A stretch of DNA of 60,023 bases, the filler included, from Hausera hauseri (lineage: Eukaryota): assembly GCA_046269625.1 (NCBI GenBank). It is 11 parts of 11 records of this genome, joined end to end, with 100 filler letters (N's around TTAATTAATTAA, not from the genome) between each part and the next. Parts side by side here need not be neighbours in the genome. Positions count along the whole stretch, not along the records: positions 1 to 3,958 come from JBJURY010857967.1; positions 4,059 to 8,007 come from JBJURY010865075.1; positions 8,108 to 12,828 come from JBJURY010461689.1; 8 more parts are not named here. One strand, given 5' to 3'. The first letter of the stretch is position 1; every line of letters starts with the position of its first letter. The position numbers were made by a program, and so were the translations under genes. This document shows, in pieces, positions 1 through 12,400 of this stretch. The notes under the pieces are model-generated. The model saw only the letters and a list, made by a program, of their open reading frames with translations. It was not told where the DNA came from and did no database searches.

Positions 1-3000
1 GTCCAACTGCGATTGGACTCAGCAAGAATTTTGAGAGACGTTTTCATTGTGCGGTGAAAGCGTTCGAGAAGGCCGTTCGATTGGGGATGATATGGTGATG
101 TGTGAATGTGATTAATTCCCAAGCGATTGACAAGAGCTTTAAACAGGTTGGATTCGAACTGTGGACCTTGGTCCAAGATGATGTGTCGAGGTGATCCAAA
201 CCTGCTGATCCAAGTGCGGATAAAAACGTCTGCGATGGTTTTTGTGTTGGTGTTCCGAAACGGGACAGCTTCTGGCCATCGCGAGGAACGATCCATCATT
301 GTAAGGATGAACTGATGACCGTTGTCTAAGGGTAATGGACCTACGAGGTCAATGTGTACAGATTTGAAACGAGACTTGCAGGGAAAATGACATAGTGGTG
401 GCTTTAAGTGCTTAGTAACTTTGTATTTTTGGCATGCCACACACTGCCTAACTCATGCCTGCACGTCAGAGCGCATCGATGGCCATGCTACTTGGCGTTG
501 TAGGAGGCGAAAACTGGCTTTGGCACCAGGGTGATGCAACGAATGTACGCTGTGGAACGCTTCCTTTTGAAGCGACTCAGAAAGAATTATTTTTGGATTA
601 TTAGGTTTGGAGTTGTCAAAGGCCACGCCGTCGATGGTTTTGCAAGATTTAAAAAATTTCAGGATGACAGGAGGTGGATGGTTTTTGCCGAAGTATGGAT
701 TGAGGAAAAATTGGAGTGAAATCAATTGAGCTGACCGATCGGGACAAAAAGTCGGCTACTAAATTGTCAACTCCGTTTAAATGCTCAACTTGAAAACTAA
801 ATGTTGACAAATATGATATTTGCCTCTCCTGACATGGAGAAGGCGATTTCATGCTGAGAATTTGGCGCAAGAACTTGTGGTCCGTTTGTATTGTGAAAGT
901 TCTTGCAGTTAGCAAATGTTTGAAGTGTTTTACGGCAAGGACCATTACAAGCAATTCTCAGTGAAAGGTGGAATATCTTTGCTCCTGTGCTGTGAATTTT
1001 CGAGAAAAGAATTCCAATGGCTCATGAGATCCATTTTTAACTTGATGGAGGACAGCACCTGCAGCTGTTGTGGATGCATCGGTGGTTAAGAAAAGTTCTG
1101 CATAAGAGTCTGGATAGGCCAGGATTTTCACAGTTTTCAAAATGTCTTTGAGGAGATCGAAGGCACTGACTAGATCGGCGGTCCATTGAATAGGCTGTTT
1201 CTTCTTGCCAGAGCTTAGTGATGCAACTGGAGCGGTTAGAGTGGAGCAATGTGGAACGTATTTATGAATAAAGTGCAAGGTTCCAAGGAAAGAACGCATT
1301 TCTGTTGATGTACGTGGTAGTTGTATATTTTTGAGCTGTGTGATGTGGTCTGGCTGAGGTGAGTGTCCGGAGGAGCTAATAACATGTCCTAGGAAATTCA
1401 CCTTATGGTGAAAGAAAGAGCACTTGAAGAAATTGATTTGCAGGTTGTCTTGGTGCAGGCGTTGAAAGATGAAACGTAGGTGTTCAGAGTGTTGATTCGC
1501 GGAAGATAATACAATTAAGATGTCATTAATATAGGGGTAGGCGAAGTCTAAGCCTGATAGGACTGTATCGATATGCCTTTGGAAGGTCTGGGACGCGCTG
1601 CGGAGTCCAAAAGCATGAAGAGGTATTCGAAAAGGCCGAAAGGTGCAATTACAGCCGTTTTTGGAATGTCTGCTGATGCCACCGGAATTTGGTGGTATGC
1701 TTTGTGTAGATCAATGCAGGCAAAAATGGTCGCACCACGGAGCCTGTGAAGGATATCGTTGATTAATGGTAAAGGGTGGGCATCCATTGTTGTTATAGTG
1801 TTAAGTTGCCGGTAATTACCGCATGGGCGAAAGGTGCCATCTTTTTTGGAACCACATGCAGTGGTGAAGACCAAGGGGATTTGGATCTTCTGATTATTGC
1901 TGATTTTTCCAGTTTGAGAAACTTAGCTTCCACTGCCTGTCTGCGGCGAGGTGATAGCGGATGGACCTTTTGACGTATTGGTCTTTGACGTGCTATTACT
2001 ATGTGATGGAAGGTGGATTGAGGTGGTACGAATAATTTGTCCTTTTGAAACAGACGCGAGCAGCAAGATGAAATGTATTGCTGTAAATCAGATAACAACG
2101 ATGAAAAGTTGTCCGATGGTGTCGATGCCTCGTGACTGGATGCAATTGAGGTATGAGTTGTAGACGAGGTGTTTTGACTGGGTGGTATTTGGTGTAGGAT
2201 GTTCGTGTTGCAGATGGTGTCGGCAGCTGTGCTATCAGTAATAGGTGCCACGCAGTTGGCAATATCGTATTTGTCGCCGTAGTAAAAATTTCTGTATAAT
2301 GAGCGATTATAAAAATAATTCAAATCGGAAGTCGTTTTTTTCATTATTGACTTGCTGGAGGCGATCGCTCGGGCGGTCACCGAAATGCTGCTAATTTGCT
2401 TAATATTATTTCCGCTCTTTAAGAAACATCATTTGCAATCTACAAGTAAATTGTTGTGGGACAGAAAGTCTGAATCCAATATAGGTGTGCGTACATTGGC
2501 TATTGTAAATTTCCATGCGAATGAGTTTGGGAAGTGTGGTAGAGTAAATGTTAATGTGGGAACTCCAAAAATTTGTAAAGGTTCACCGGACGCAGTGAAA
2601 ATTTGCGTTTTTGAAGCAAAATTGTTTTGGGTGTGTTGTGTTAGTGGCAGTAAAGAGATTGCTGCACCAGTGTCTATAAGAAAGTTAATGTTTTGCAATA
2701 TGTTGGTATGACGACTGCTGCTTCCAACGTGAATGCAGAAAAGGAAATGTGTCGGCTATTTTTTTGCAGGTTGTTGCCTTTGCTAGAACTTTCTGTGTGT
2801 CCTAGCGGCGAAATTCGTTTTTTTTTAACTCGTGAGTTTGGCCTACTGTTTTGTGTGAACTAAGTAGTGTTGGTCTTATTGCATGTGTTGTAGGTACATC
2901 CAAGTAGGCATTTTTGTGCTTTTGTGCCAAATTTCGAGTGATAGATGCAAACAGTGTTGCTTGTATTAAAATCGGGGAGTAAAATTTACAACCATGCAGC

Positions 3001-3272
3001 ATTTCTAAGTATTAATACCAAATTTGTTATGGTAGTAGCAAATAGACGACCACGCGGGCGAGGGCGATCGTCTTTGTCGTTAATTAAATACATTAGGGGA
3101 AGCTGCCCTAGAAAAATCGCGTCGAGGCAGCGTTAACTCATTTAATTTCTTATTTATGTTGTTAATTGTCTTTTGTAAGATTTCATTTTCCGTGCGTAAT
3201 TGCGCAATTTGTTGCTGCAGCATTGCATTTTCTTGTTGTTGGTCTTTTGTTAATGATGTAGAGATAGATGGT
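1..3272 (-). mobile_element. Decayed Ty3/Gypsy LTR retrotransposon, CsRn1-like (gag 3' part, protease, RT, RNase H, integrase)
   Basis: Fragmented ORFs in Gypsy order: CHCC knuckles at 2896-3040, protease FLIDTGAAISLLP, RT (SPWSSPLHVVPKK, FACIDLHKAYHQIPV, PFGLFEYL), RNase H (TTDASTTAAGAVL, TDHK) and integrase zinc domain (HSLHHPG...). Many frameshifts. Confidence 0.95.
2429..2698 (-). pseudogene. pol: Retropepsin-like aspartic protease of Gypsy pol
   Basis: FLIDTGA catalytic motif and PILDSDFL (ILG-x-DFL-like) motif. Confidence 0.9.
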
Positions 3273-3820
3273 GCTGTGTGAGTGCAGAGAGCTGGTTGAC
3301 CCCACTAAAGTTCCCACTGAGGTCCAACATGTTTCCACAGGCATCAGTTGGCCTGTTATCATTTCAGCCAGGAGTTCAGATACTGATGGAAAGGCACCCG
3401 AGTCATTAAAAGCCCTGCTCCATACTGCTCCACCATCCAGCTCTGCTGAATCAATCATTCGTGCTATGGGAGATGTGCTGTCAAAGATGGACAAGGGATC
3501 AGGGGAAAACAGTGGTTACCGCCGACTTCGAGTGTTCTCTGGCACCTTACCTACACCGGCAGGGGAAGAAGTGTTGGAGCATTGGCTGGAGCAAGCTCAC
3601 CTGATGGTCGAAGAGAGCGACTGCTCCAACAAAGAAAAACGAAGTTGCATAATGGAATGTCTTAGAGGACCTGCTCTTGCTATCATAAAGGCAATACGAA
3701 CAGCTGACGCAGATGTTTCCCCTTCTAAGTGCCTGGATGCTATTGAGAGTGCTTTTGACACAGCAGAATCAGGTGAAGACCTGTACTTTAAGTTTTGACT
3801 ACTGCAACAGGAGAAAGACG
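3268..3820 (+). pseudogene. gag: PNMA (paraneoplastic Ma)-type Gypsy gag fragment, opposite strand to the surrounding element
   Basis: YRRLRVFSG...GEE-x2-EHWLEQAHLMV...MECLRGPAL...CLDAIESAF...ESGEDLYFKF, then a stop and LLQQEKDE. This is a typical PNMA/Gypsy capsid pattern. Confidence 0.85.
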
Positions 3821-3958
3821 AAATACAGAATGGCGAACTCACAGACTTCGTTTTCTTCTATATCTTTCAAATCGCCTGCATCGCCATCTGTTGTTGACAA
3901 TTGTAACTAATTTCGCAAGTTTGTCTGCCTGCAAATTTACTGTTGTCCCAAGCATATT

Positions 3959-4058
3959 NNNNNNNNNNNNNNNNNNNNNNNNNNNNNNNNNNNNNNNNNN
4001 NNTTAATTAATTAANNNNNNNNNNNNNNNNNNNNNNNNNNNNNNNNNNNNNNNNNNNN
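3959..4058. other. Artificial contig spacer (44N-TTAATTAATTAA-44N)
   Basis: Identical spacers also at 8008-8107, 12829-12928, 18297-18396, 24210-24309, 34155-34254, 38626-38725, 43328-43427, 48900-48999 and 53353-53452. A separate 10-N scaffold gap lies at 41573-41582. Adjacency across spacers has no biological meaning. Confidence 0.99.
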
Positions 4059-5030
4059 TGGTGCCTTTGCTAGGACTTGTCGTGTGTCCTAACGGTGAAG
4101 TCAATTTTTTGTAGTGGGTGAGTTTGGCCCACTGTGTTGTGTGAATTTAGTAGTGTTGGTTTTATTGTGTGTTGCAGTTACAGCCAGGTAGGCATTTGTG
4201 TGCCTTTGTGCCAAATTTTGAGTGATAGATGCAAACGATGTTGCTTGTATTGAAATCAGGGGAGTAAAATTTACAACCGATGCAGCATTTTTGAGCATTG
4301 TTACCAAATTTGCTATGATAATAGCAAATAGATGACCGCGCGAGCGACGGCGACCGTCTTTGACGTTGATTAAATACATTAGGGGACGCAGCCCTGGAAA
4401 ACCCCCGTCGAGGCAGCGTTAATTCATTTAATTTTTCGTTTATGTTGTTAATTATCTTCTGTAACTTTTAATTTTCCGTGCGCAATTGCGCAATTTGTTG
4501 CTGCAGCATTGCATTTTGTTGTTGTTGGTCTGTTGTTAATGCTGTAGAGACAGTTGGTATTGTTTTTGAGTGCAGTACTTCATATGCCTTGTCTGCCAAT
4601 TCGCCTAGCTTGTCCAGAGCCGTGGAGTCTTCGACCACGGTAAGCAAAGCTCTTATTTGAAGGAGCAATGCATTTAAAAAATAGCGACGAATAAGTTTTA
4701 GACTATTCTCAGATGTTACGCAAAGGGTGTTAAGGTGAGACAAGGATATGCGTAAGAGTTCAGAAGGCTTCTGAAAGCCCATGGCGTTATCGTCGAAAAA
4801 CCTTTAAATGATGTAGTCGATGGACGGCTCAGTAAGCTTAAGAACGGCATTATAAAGTTGAGTATATGGATCTGTGTGATGAAGGATATCGATGATATTA
4901 GTAATTTTAGTTTTGATGGAAGCTGGTAAGTGGAAAAAAAAGCTGTTTGCTTTGGAAAAAAAAGTCGACGACGTTTTGTGACTGGAGCCAGAATTGGTGC
5001 AGTTTTAGCCAAGTTTAGTAGAGTTTTGGC
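4059..5030 (-). pseudogene. gag: gag of a second CsRn1-like Gypsy copy
   Basis: QKPSELLR...FLNAL..QIRALL...LDKLGELADK, with tandem CHCC knuckles at 4180-4326. Nucleotide sequence aligns with 2770-3272. Confidence 0.85.
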
Positions 5031-5399
5031 TGTCGAAAAAGTATTTGGTGCAGGGTGAATGAGTGAGGAGAATGTGTTGTGTCTAGGTGCTTGAAGCGCT
5101 TTGTTTGGTTAAGTGAATGACAGGGATCTGTGGTTTGGTGAGTTTGTCTGTGGTATCAATTGTGGGTGATGAATCCATGCCAGCACGGATACGGAAATGA
5201 ATGTGAAGGTAGACAAGTTTTAGCAGGTTGGAGGGCTCCAGCGAAAGGCACTATCGATCCATTGTGTGTTATGTAGAAGTCAGAGGAGTGGAGTAAGGTA
5301 GAGATGAAGTTGTGAATGGCCGCGGCGTGTAGGTGCAATGCTGTGCATGTATGAATATATTTGTTATTTAATTAAAGAAAGATGGAGTAGTGAGAAGTG

Positions 5400-5517
5400 A
5401 TACGTCCGGGGACGTGTTGTGGGGCGGCAGCGAAAGGTGTCGTTCGACCCAATGGTGCAGGTTGGGCGGCCGGGACCTCAGCCTCGCCGCGGCGGGTTTT
5501 AAATTTCAGGGTAAACA
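5400..5517 (-). repeat. Probable short LTR (5418-5517) and degenerate tRNA-Trp-like PBS (5400-5417) upstream of gag
   Basis: The minus strand reads TGT...CCGCCCCACA, resembling the LTR ends at 6368 and 34847. It is followed by ACACGTCCCCGGACGTAT, a weak match to the Trp PBS TGGTGACCCCGACGTGAT. Confidence 0.45.
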
Positions 5518-6367
5518 AACTCCCCCTCCAAGGTCCTTTCCTTCTTCTCCCAGTGGACCCAATGAATTTCTTTTCGGATTTTGATCGATAGTCACAGTAT
5601 TGGAGAAAAATAAGGTCATTGATTATGTCAAAAGGATAAATAGACTCTATGGAACAATAGCTGTTTTCCAAATCTTTATTATTTCTGTAGAGCCAATTGC
5701 TATAAATTTCATTGTTTACCGTAGATTCAATTATTGAAGGTTGCAATACATTATACAACAAACCTTTTTGAGCGGTTTTATCATTTTTACTTGGCACCGA
5801 TTCAATTCATTTCGAGATTTCGGTGGTGTGAACATATTTGCAGTCTGAAAAGCGTCATAGCCATAGAAATTTGAGAGATTGTTGTTTCCCGAACAAAACT
5901 GTGGTGGTTCTTGATGTGGGAATCCAATTTCATGATCTCTGAATTAATTGGCCTCGATTTGTTGTTGACCCATCATAATAATACTATTTGGATGAGGATT
6001 TTCGTCATTTAATACAGATGATGGTGGTGCACCTTGGTGCTGCTGCTGCTGGATTTGCATCTGGGCATTAACATTTGGTGCTGCTAAATGCTGATAGTTT
6101 ATTTGCTGTACATTGAGTTGTGCATCGACGAACGTATTGTGTACCTAAGGAAATGGATATTTTTATGTTATACATTCAAATTTGTCTGACAAATGACAGC
6201 TGGTCCATGAAATTGAACGGTAATATTCTTTACCAACAACGCGGAATTGTTCGGAAATTGCTGGGTTGTCGAACTGCAGAACGAGATATCAAAATAGTAA
6301 ACATTGAGATAATTCAAAAATATGGTCACCAACGTTTGAATAAAAGATATCGGCGGTTTATAGAACC

Positions 6368-8007
6368 TGCGAGGTGGGAGATCGGGACCGACTATGGGCA
6401 CGATGCGTCGGCAACGGAGGCCTGGCCGTGCCCAACCAAATGGGTCAAAGGGCACCGGCGGCCATGGGCACCGCATCATCCCCCTGGCAAAGTAAAAACT
6501 ACAAAGGGTAAAAGAGATAGAAAGAAAAACCACAAAAAGAAAAAGTGTCTGTGTCAGCTGGTCTTAGTGTAAATAAGACGTTGGGTACCTTCTACTGATT
6601 TTTCCTGCTATACTTGCTGAATATGATTGCGTGTTTTGTCTTTTTGCGGTGTGCTTGCTTGCAGAGTTTGAAGTTAGGGAAGAAAATTATCAGGTTTTGT
6701 TGTAAGTGTTGTGTCGTGCAAAGATGAGTCAGAATAAAGAGAAGGAGAAGGTGAACGAAGAAGAGAGTTTGTTAAAGACGAAGGAATGATTAAAGGTGTG
6801 GTGGCAGATAAAGGAAAAGAGAAAGAAGTTGAAGTAGAAGCCGGAATGAAATTGTGTGAAAGAGTGGAAGTGGAAGATTAAGCAGCGGTAGTGGTAGAGA
6901 AAGGAAGAAAGATGGGGATAGAAGTAAATAAAAGAGGAAGTCTCGAAGTGGAAGTAAAAGGGGTAGAAGACGATGTGTGAGGAGAAAGGGAGGAAGAAAG
7001 CGCCGAAGATGAGGAAGGTGTGGAAAGAGAAGGAGAGAGAGAGAGAGAGAAAAACTGCGGAAGTACAAGGCGAAAGAGAGCAAGAAGATGAAGAAGACAA
7101 AGGAAAGTAGTTGGGAGGTGTCATGCAAGAGGTAGGAATGATGAAAGGTGTAAATAGAGAGATTGGTGAAGTCAAAACGGTGTTTGATGGAGGAGGTATT
7201 GCAAGAGGAGAAAGCAGGTTGTTACCAGGGAAAGGAGGAGGTGTTGGAAAGCTTGAAGGTGCAAAATCGGGTGGAGAGAAAGAGGCTAAATTGTGAGAAA
7301 TGGAAGTGGAAGTTTTGGGAGAAAACGTAGGGGAAAATGGATTAAGACATTGAGCAGAAATGGAAGGTGAATTGTTGGATTGCTGCGCGTCGTATAAAGA
7401 TGTAGGTGGAGAAGTGACATCGATGAAAGACGTATCGTCGATGAAGAAAGCCGGCTTAGCGTTGTTGATGTGAACTGTTACTTCTTTGTCGTCTTTGAGA
7501 ATTATGATGTTGTGGGAGTATAAGCGAATTACTTTGTAAGGGCCGAGATACTGAAGTTGAAAACTACACGGCGTTTGATTCTTTAGTCAAACAAACTTGG
7601 CAGTATATAAATCGTCGGGTATGTAAGGTTTATTTCCGTGTAACAATCTGCAAAATGAGTCTTTTCTGTTCTCAACAAAGTGTCTCTGTGCCGCTTGTAT
7701 GGTTTTGTCTGTAGGAGTATTGTCCAGCTCATTCAGCTAGAATATAATATGATGGAAGTGTCAAATAATGCTCCTGCAGGTAAACAGCCTGTAGAAGTAG
7801 ATGGTGTGTTTCGCCAGCCAAGAAGAACGTACGGAAGGAGTGTAGTTCAACTGCCATTGGACTTAGCAAGGATTTTAAGAGACGTTTTTATCGTTCGGTG
7901 AAAGCGTTCAAGAAGACCATTCGATGGGGGTGATATGGTGACATGTGAATGTGGTTAATTCCCAATCGATTGACAAGAGCTTTAAACAGGTTGGATTCGA
8001 ACTGTGG
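6368..8007 (-). mobile_element. 3' part of a CsRn1-like Gypsy copy (integrase C-terminus, low-complexity tail, PPT, 3' LTR)
   Basis: Collinear with 34847-36500. Contains the integrase GPY motif, a purine-rich tail on the plus strand, PPT AGGGGGATGA and LTR TGCGG...TCGCA at 6368-6475. Confidence 0.9.
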
Positions 8008-8107
8008 NNNNNNNNNNNNNNNNNNNNNNNNNNNNNNNNNNNNNNNNNNNNTTAATTAATTAANNNNNNNNNNNNNNNNNNNNNNNNNNNNNNNNNNNNN
8101 NNNNNNN

Positions 8108-8395
8108 TCTGGTCTAAGGAATCGTGGCCGCCTAGTTCACGAGATATTAATGCCACACTAAGAGCAGCAATTACACACCGGTGGAGAGCTATTTCAGATG
8201 ACTACATTCGTACCGTTTGTTCATCTTTTGGACTCCGGATTGAAAATGTAATCAATGCTGAAGTAGGCCATATTGAATAGACTTTTTCAAAAATTATTTT
8301 TTGTAAATATAGCATTTCCCGAATGTTATTTGTCGAGTATCATTAAATCGTTTCTTTCAAATAAGCAAGTCTCATTTTTTTATCCGCATTCGGTA
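8108..8395 (+). mobile_element. Tc1/mariner (maT/DD37D-like) transposase 3' end and right TIR
   Basis: WSKESWPPSSRDIN...LRAAITHRW...IRTVCSSFGLRIENVINAEVGHIE* (stop ends at 8280) matches the WPPSSPDLNP...GGHFE C-terminus with an internal deletion. A TIR-like end ...ATCCGCATTCGG-TA follows. Confidence 0.75.
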
Positions 8396-9119
8396 TTAAG
8401 TGGTTGAAAAATGGCAGAAATGTTGTTAAACCATACAATTTTTCTGGAGATTTGAGGGAAAATTGAAGAAGTGCAAATTATGTAACAATTTTCATAAAAT
8501 TTCGTGTTTGAAGAACCTATCGACTAACTGTACGATTTGTTTTCTTGTAAGTAAATTATTTTTATAAAAATATTTTCAACTAAATATGAATTGATCAATT
8601 GGACAAAAAATGTTAGAGTATTTCTTATGCCAGAAATGTCGATAATACAAAAAAATACAGAAATCTCATCGGTGTACGAATATTCGAAAATCATCACGAT
8701 GTTAATCGAGTCATACAAGGTTCAGTTTGTTTACATGTTATGACACATCCATGACACCGATGAAACTGGAGTCAGTGATAAGTAATTATTCGGCTCACCG
8801 AATTCGTAAAATGAATCAAAAACGGTCGTGAAATGAACTCGATGTAGATACGAAATAGCTGCCTGTCACATAAATCTGGAGTATGTGACTCGCTGAATTG
8901 GATTTCATGACTTATTCCGAATTCAGCGATTATCACCATCCCCGTCCGTCCCCATCGAACTCATTGAGTAATTAAGGCGAATCGATTAATAATTATAGCC
9001 ACTTTTTCTGATGGTAAATTGTCGAATAATCACCGAATTAAAATGTGATTCAATGGAATTTGTCATACGACTTTTTATTCATTTTTAATTTATTTAAACA
9101 CCTGCAGAACATTATTATT

Positions 9120-9476
9120 TCAATCGACAAAATCCCCACCTGCTCTTTCTGATGGTCTCCGACCCGATCCACTTAATTTTGTTTTGTTAATAACGTGTTT
9201 GTGCCGTCCAACCAATCGCACTTCTGCTGGAAACACCAAATCCGATTTTGCAACCGATGCTTTCGACAAATCGAGAATCTCATTCTCACTACCGACGACA
9301 ATGTCCGATTTGTTCGAATCTTTCTTTGACGCAATGACAATCGTATTGTGTACGTCCGGTGATTTTCTGTGCATTGTAATTGGTGCAACAACGAAAATAG
9401 ACGGTGAAATGAATCCGTGATTTGTCACATCAATTGGAGATGTTTTATCCGGTGTTTCATCAACGTCCATTTTACC
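9120..9476 (-). CDS. Possible host exon of unknown function
   Basis: Open frame MDVDETPDKTSP...ILDLSK... preceded by an acceptor-like CACTCAG. No recognisable domain. Confidence 0.3.
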   Translation of the reverse strand, partial: GKMDVDETPDKTSPIDVTNHGFISPSIFVVAPITMHRKSPDVHNTIVIASKKDSNKSDIVVGSENEILDLSKASVAKSDLVFPAEVRLVGRHKHVINKTKLSGSGRRPSERAGGDFVD

Positions 9477-12400
9477 TGAGTGAATGAGTGTGTAACAATG
9501 GACAATTGATATAGTCAAATGAAATGAGATACAGCAGCGATATTGATTTTCTCTAACACTACAACATACAAATTTGATGATTCTCAAAAAAACGTCTCAA
9601 ACTCGACACCAGATCGAATTAACATTTAACGTTTCGCATCTTTGAAGCATAACAGAATGAGAAATACATACATGCGATTCGGCACAAATGGAGAGAAAGT
9701 GTGAGAGACGTTTAAGTATCCAAATCCAACATTCAGTACATGCACACCGTCTCAAAAATACACACACACACCAATCCGAGAATCATTGATGCTACACCAT
9801 GGCAAATTGTCTCACCGTCGAATATCGAGCAGGCACTATTCGATTCGACTGCAGCAGCAACAGCAGCATGGCAGAAAGAAAAAACCATATCTGAAGCTGC
9901 TGTGTTTACTCTACGTTGCTAGCAACAGCAGCAGTATCAACAGAAATCGATTGATACCTGATATTAAATTACCATGGAGATAAAATCATGTTTAAACATC
10001 GAACTGTAGCAATTCTGTAGCAATAACAACAACAACAATAATATTAATATAACGACGAATATTAACGCAATTATGACAGACTACTCGAAAACGAAAGTCA
10101 TAAAACTCACCTAGTTCTATTCAACAACAAAAAAATGGAATGCGAAATGCATAATTCGAATGGCTGGTACCAAACGGTAGCTAAATAACTAGTTCAGTCA
10201 ATTGCTTCTCACTACTACTATTCGAGTGTTACTTGGTTTGTTTACGTACGCTTGACTCGCAGCCGGTGTGTCCTCACATCGAGTACCACTACGAAAACCA
10301 ATATCGGTACATGACTCTCTACACGACTCAGGTGAGTTCGATTCACACCTAAATCACACTCCATTGCCAGCGAATGGTCTCTGCTATCACTGTTTGCTCG
10401 ACACACGCTTTGCTAAATAAACAGCTCGAATTCACCACGCTGCTTATTGATCGTCGAGTTAGAGTTGGTGTGTATGTGTGTTGTCTGCTACGCTACCCCA
10501 TTCGGTTCAGCAGGCCGAACTGAGTCAGTAGTTCCTATTCGATAGACGTTGTGCATCCAGTATGAAGGCCAGACTTGTCGTTTCTATGCGCACTAAATCA
10601 CTGACTGCTCGATTAGTTATGTTTTCGTTGCACTGCAACAACAAATAAATTTGGAACCGATTTTCGATTTACAAATGCTCGTATACAATCGATATTTATT
10701 TGGTAATGAGTTTGTTGAGTGGTGCAACAAATTCTTGATTTTTGACTTTTGTCAGTGCTTCTTTATTCGTTCGTGTCATTCACAGTTTGATTGTGTTGAA
10801 TGTTGTTTGTTGTAAATTTCAATATCACTATCAATGTAGATAATGGAACGTAAACATTAAGATACCATCAGACAAGAAAGGTACGATTAATAATAAATGT
10901 CGTCACATCCACTGTTTATTGAAATTTATTGCTAGACGTCCAGCAAGGTTCATTCAATTGGAAATAGGTTGATACGTCGATTTTAGACCGATGCTTCTCA
11001 TGTAAAATGTCCAACAAATTAATCTTTTTATTAGTGTCCTTAAACATCAATATCCTTCGTTTGGCTTCTTCATTTAACTCATGAAAACTCGATGCCTGTT
11101 GAAACAGAAAATTTAAATTTTGAATTTTCATATTGACCAATAAAACATTTCAAAATTGAAAAACACATTTGAATTTTACAAAACGCCCTCATTTGAATGT
11201 GTATTCAACAGTGGAAATTCAAATTAATAGACAGATTTAAATCAAATAATCTTATCGATTTGTTTGATATACCAAGTGTGTTTCTACGTATATTCAATTA
11301 GTAAAATGTACCTATGGTCATTTGAACTCGTTAATATGCTCAAAGATCTCATCAATGACCTTGATGGTATGACACTGTTTACTTACGTTGGTGTCGATGA
11401 TTGGCTGGTTAATGAAGTTATTCCTGTGGTAATACTATACAGCATGAATGGCAACCAGTTTTTAGTTAAAAGGATTACATAAAACTCTGGAGGTAGACAA
11501 AACACTTTTAGTTAGGTTCAGTCAATTTTCGCGTATTTCTCGTAGTAGTAGAATCATTTCTGCGCGAAGATTCTACGTCTGCACATGTAGTGACTACCAA
11601 TCTTCTTGGTTACCTCATTACAGTCATACATTCAGGTAATTACCAATGCAAAAAATTTTAGTGAGTGGAACAACCACCATTTAGTGCTACCAGCAACCTG
11701 AAGTTACGGTTACTTCACATCAACAAATATTGAAATTAAATCCATGATGATAACAATGTAAGTAGTAAACAAGAAGATCGAGCGAACTATATGATCGATT
11801 TACCCGACCTTTATATTTTTCCTTTTCCTATGCGAACAATTTAAAATTTTCGTTGTTTTAATATCTAAAAAGGCTTTCTTTATTGGCCATAATTCACTTT
11901 CAATCGTTGAACGTTATTATTAAAAATATTTACTCGTTTGTCACTTCAAGCCATTTTTGGGGAAATATAATTGGAAATTTTATCTCATTGCTATTTCAAC
12001 CAGTTCAGAGGGAAGACACTTTAATTATCTCATTTTGTTTTCGATTTGGAACGATTTCCTTTACTATTTCTATTGATGCACTTTCTTTTAGTGCATTGGA
12101 AATTGTAATTGTTAATAAAAGTGTTGCCGCGAAATTTGACATGAAATTTTGTATTTTGAAAATTCAATATCAGACATGCATAATTTTGATGTTTGGAACA
12201 GAATAAAAGAATCGTCATTTGATTATATGAAAATATTGCTGGAAAAGAGAATGATGTGTTGTTTCCCATCCTTAATTCGATTTTTTATCAGAGCAAGCAG
12301 ATAAGTGGAAAGGTCATTTTATTAAAATCAAAACCAATATATGAATATTCTCATTTGAAAATGTCAAATGATGGGTTGTTAACCGTTGGTATGGTTTGAT

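Noticed and set aside
127-3136. Short plus-strand ORFs over the Gypsy pol (and similar antisense ORFs elsewhere)
   Set aside because: Shadow ORFs of coding sequence on the opposite strand.
4003-4014. Recurrent TTAATTAATTAA motif and ORFs running into X residues
   Set aside because: Artificial six-frame stop linker between contigs.
5530-6120. ORF 5372-5797 and a Gln-rich minus-strand frame as Gypsy cargo
   Set aside because: Not shared with the other copies, interrupted by stops, and no recognisable motif.
6729-7175. Phe/Leu/Ser-rich ORFs as membrane proteins (also 35079-35948)
   Set aside because: Pyrimidine-rich low complexity leaves several frames open, so the hydrophobicity is compositional.
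10916-11480. Possible host exons on the minus strand
   Set aside because: Acceptor-like sites exist, but there is no recognisable domain or consistent frame.
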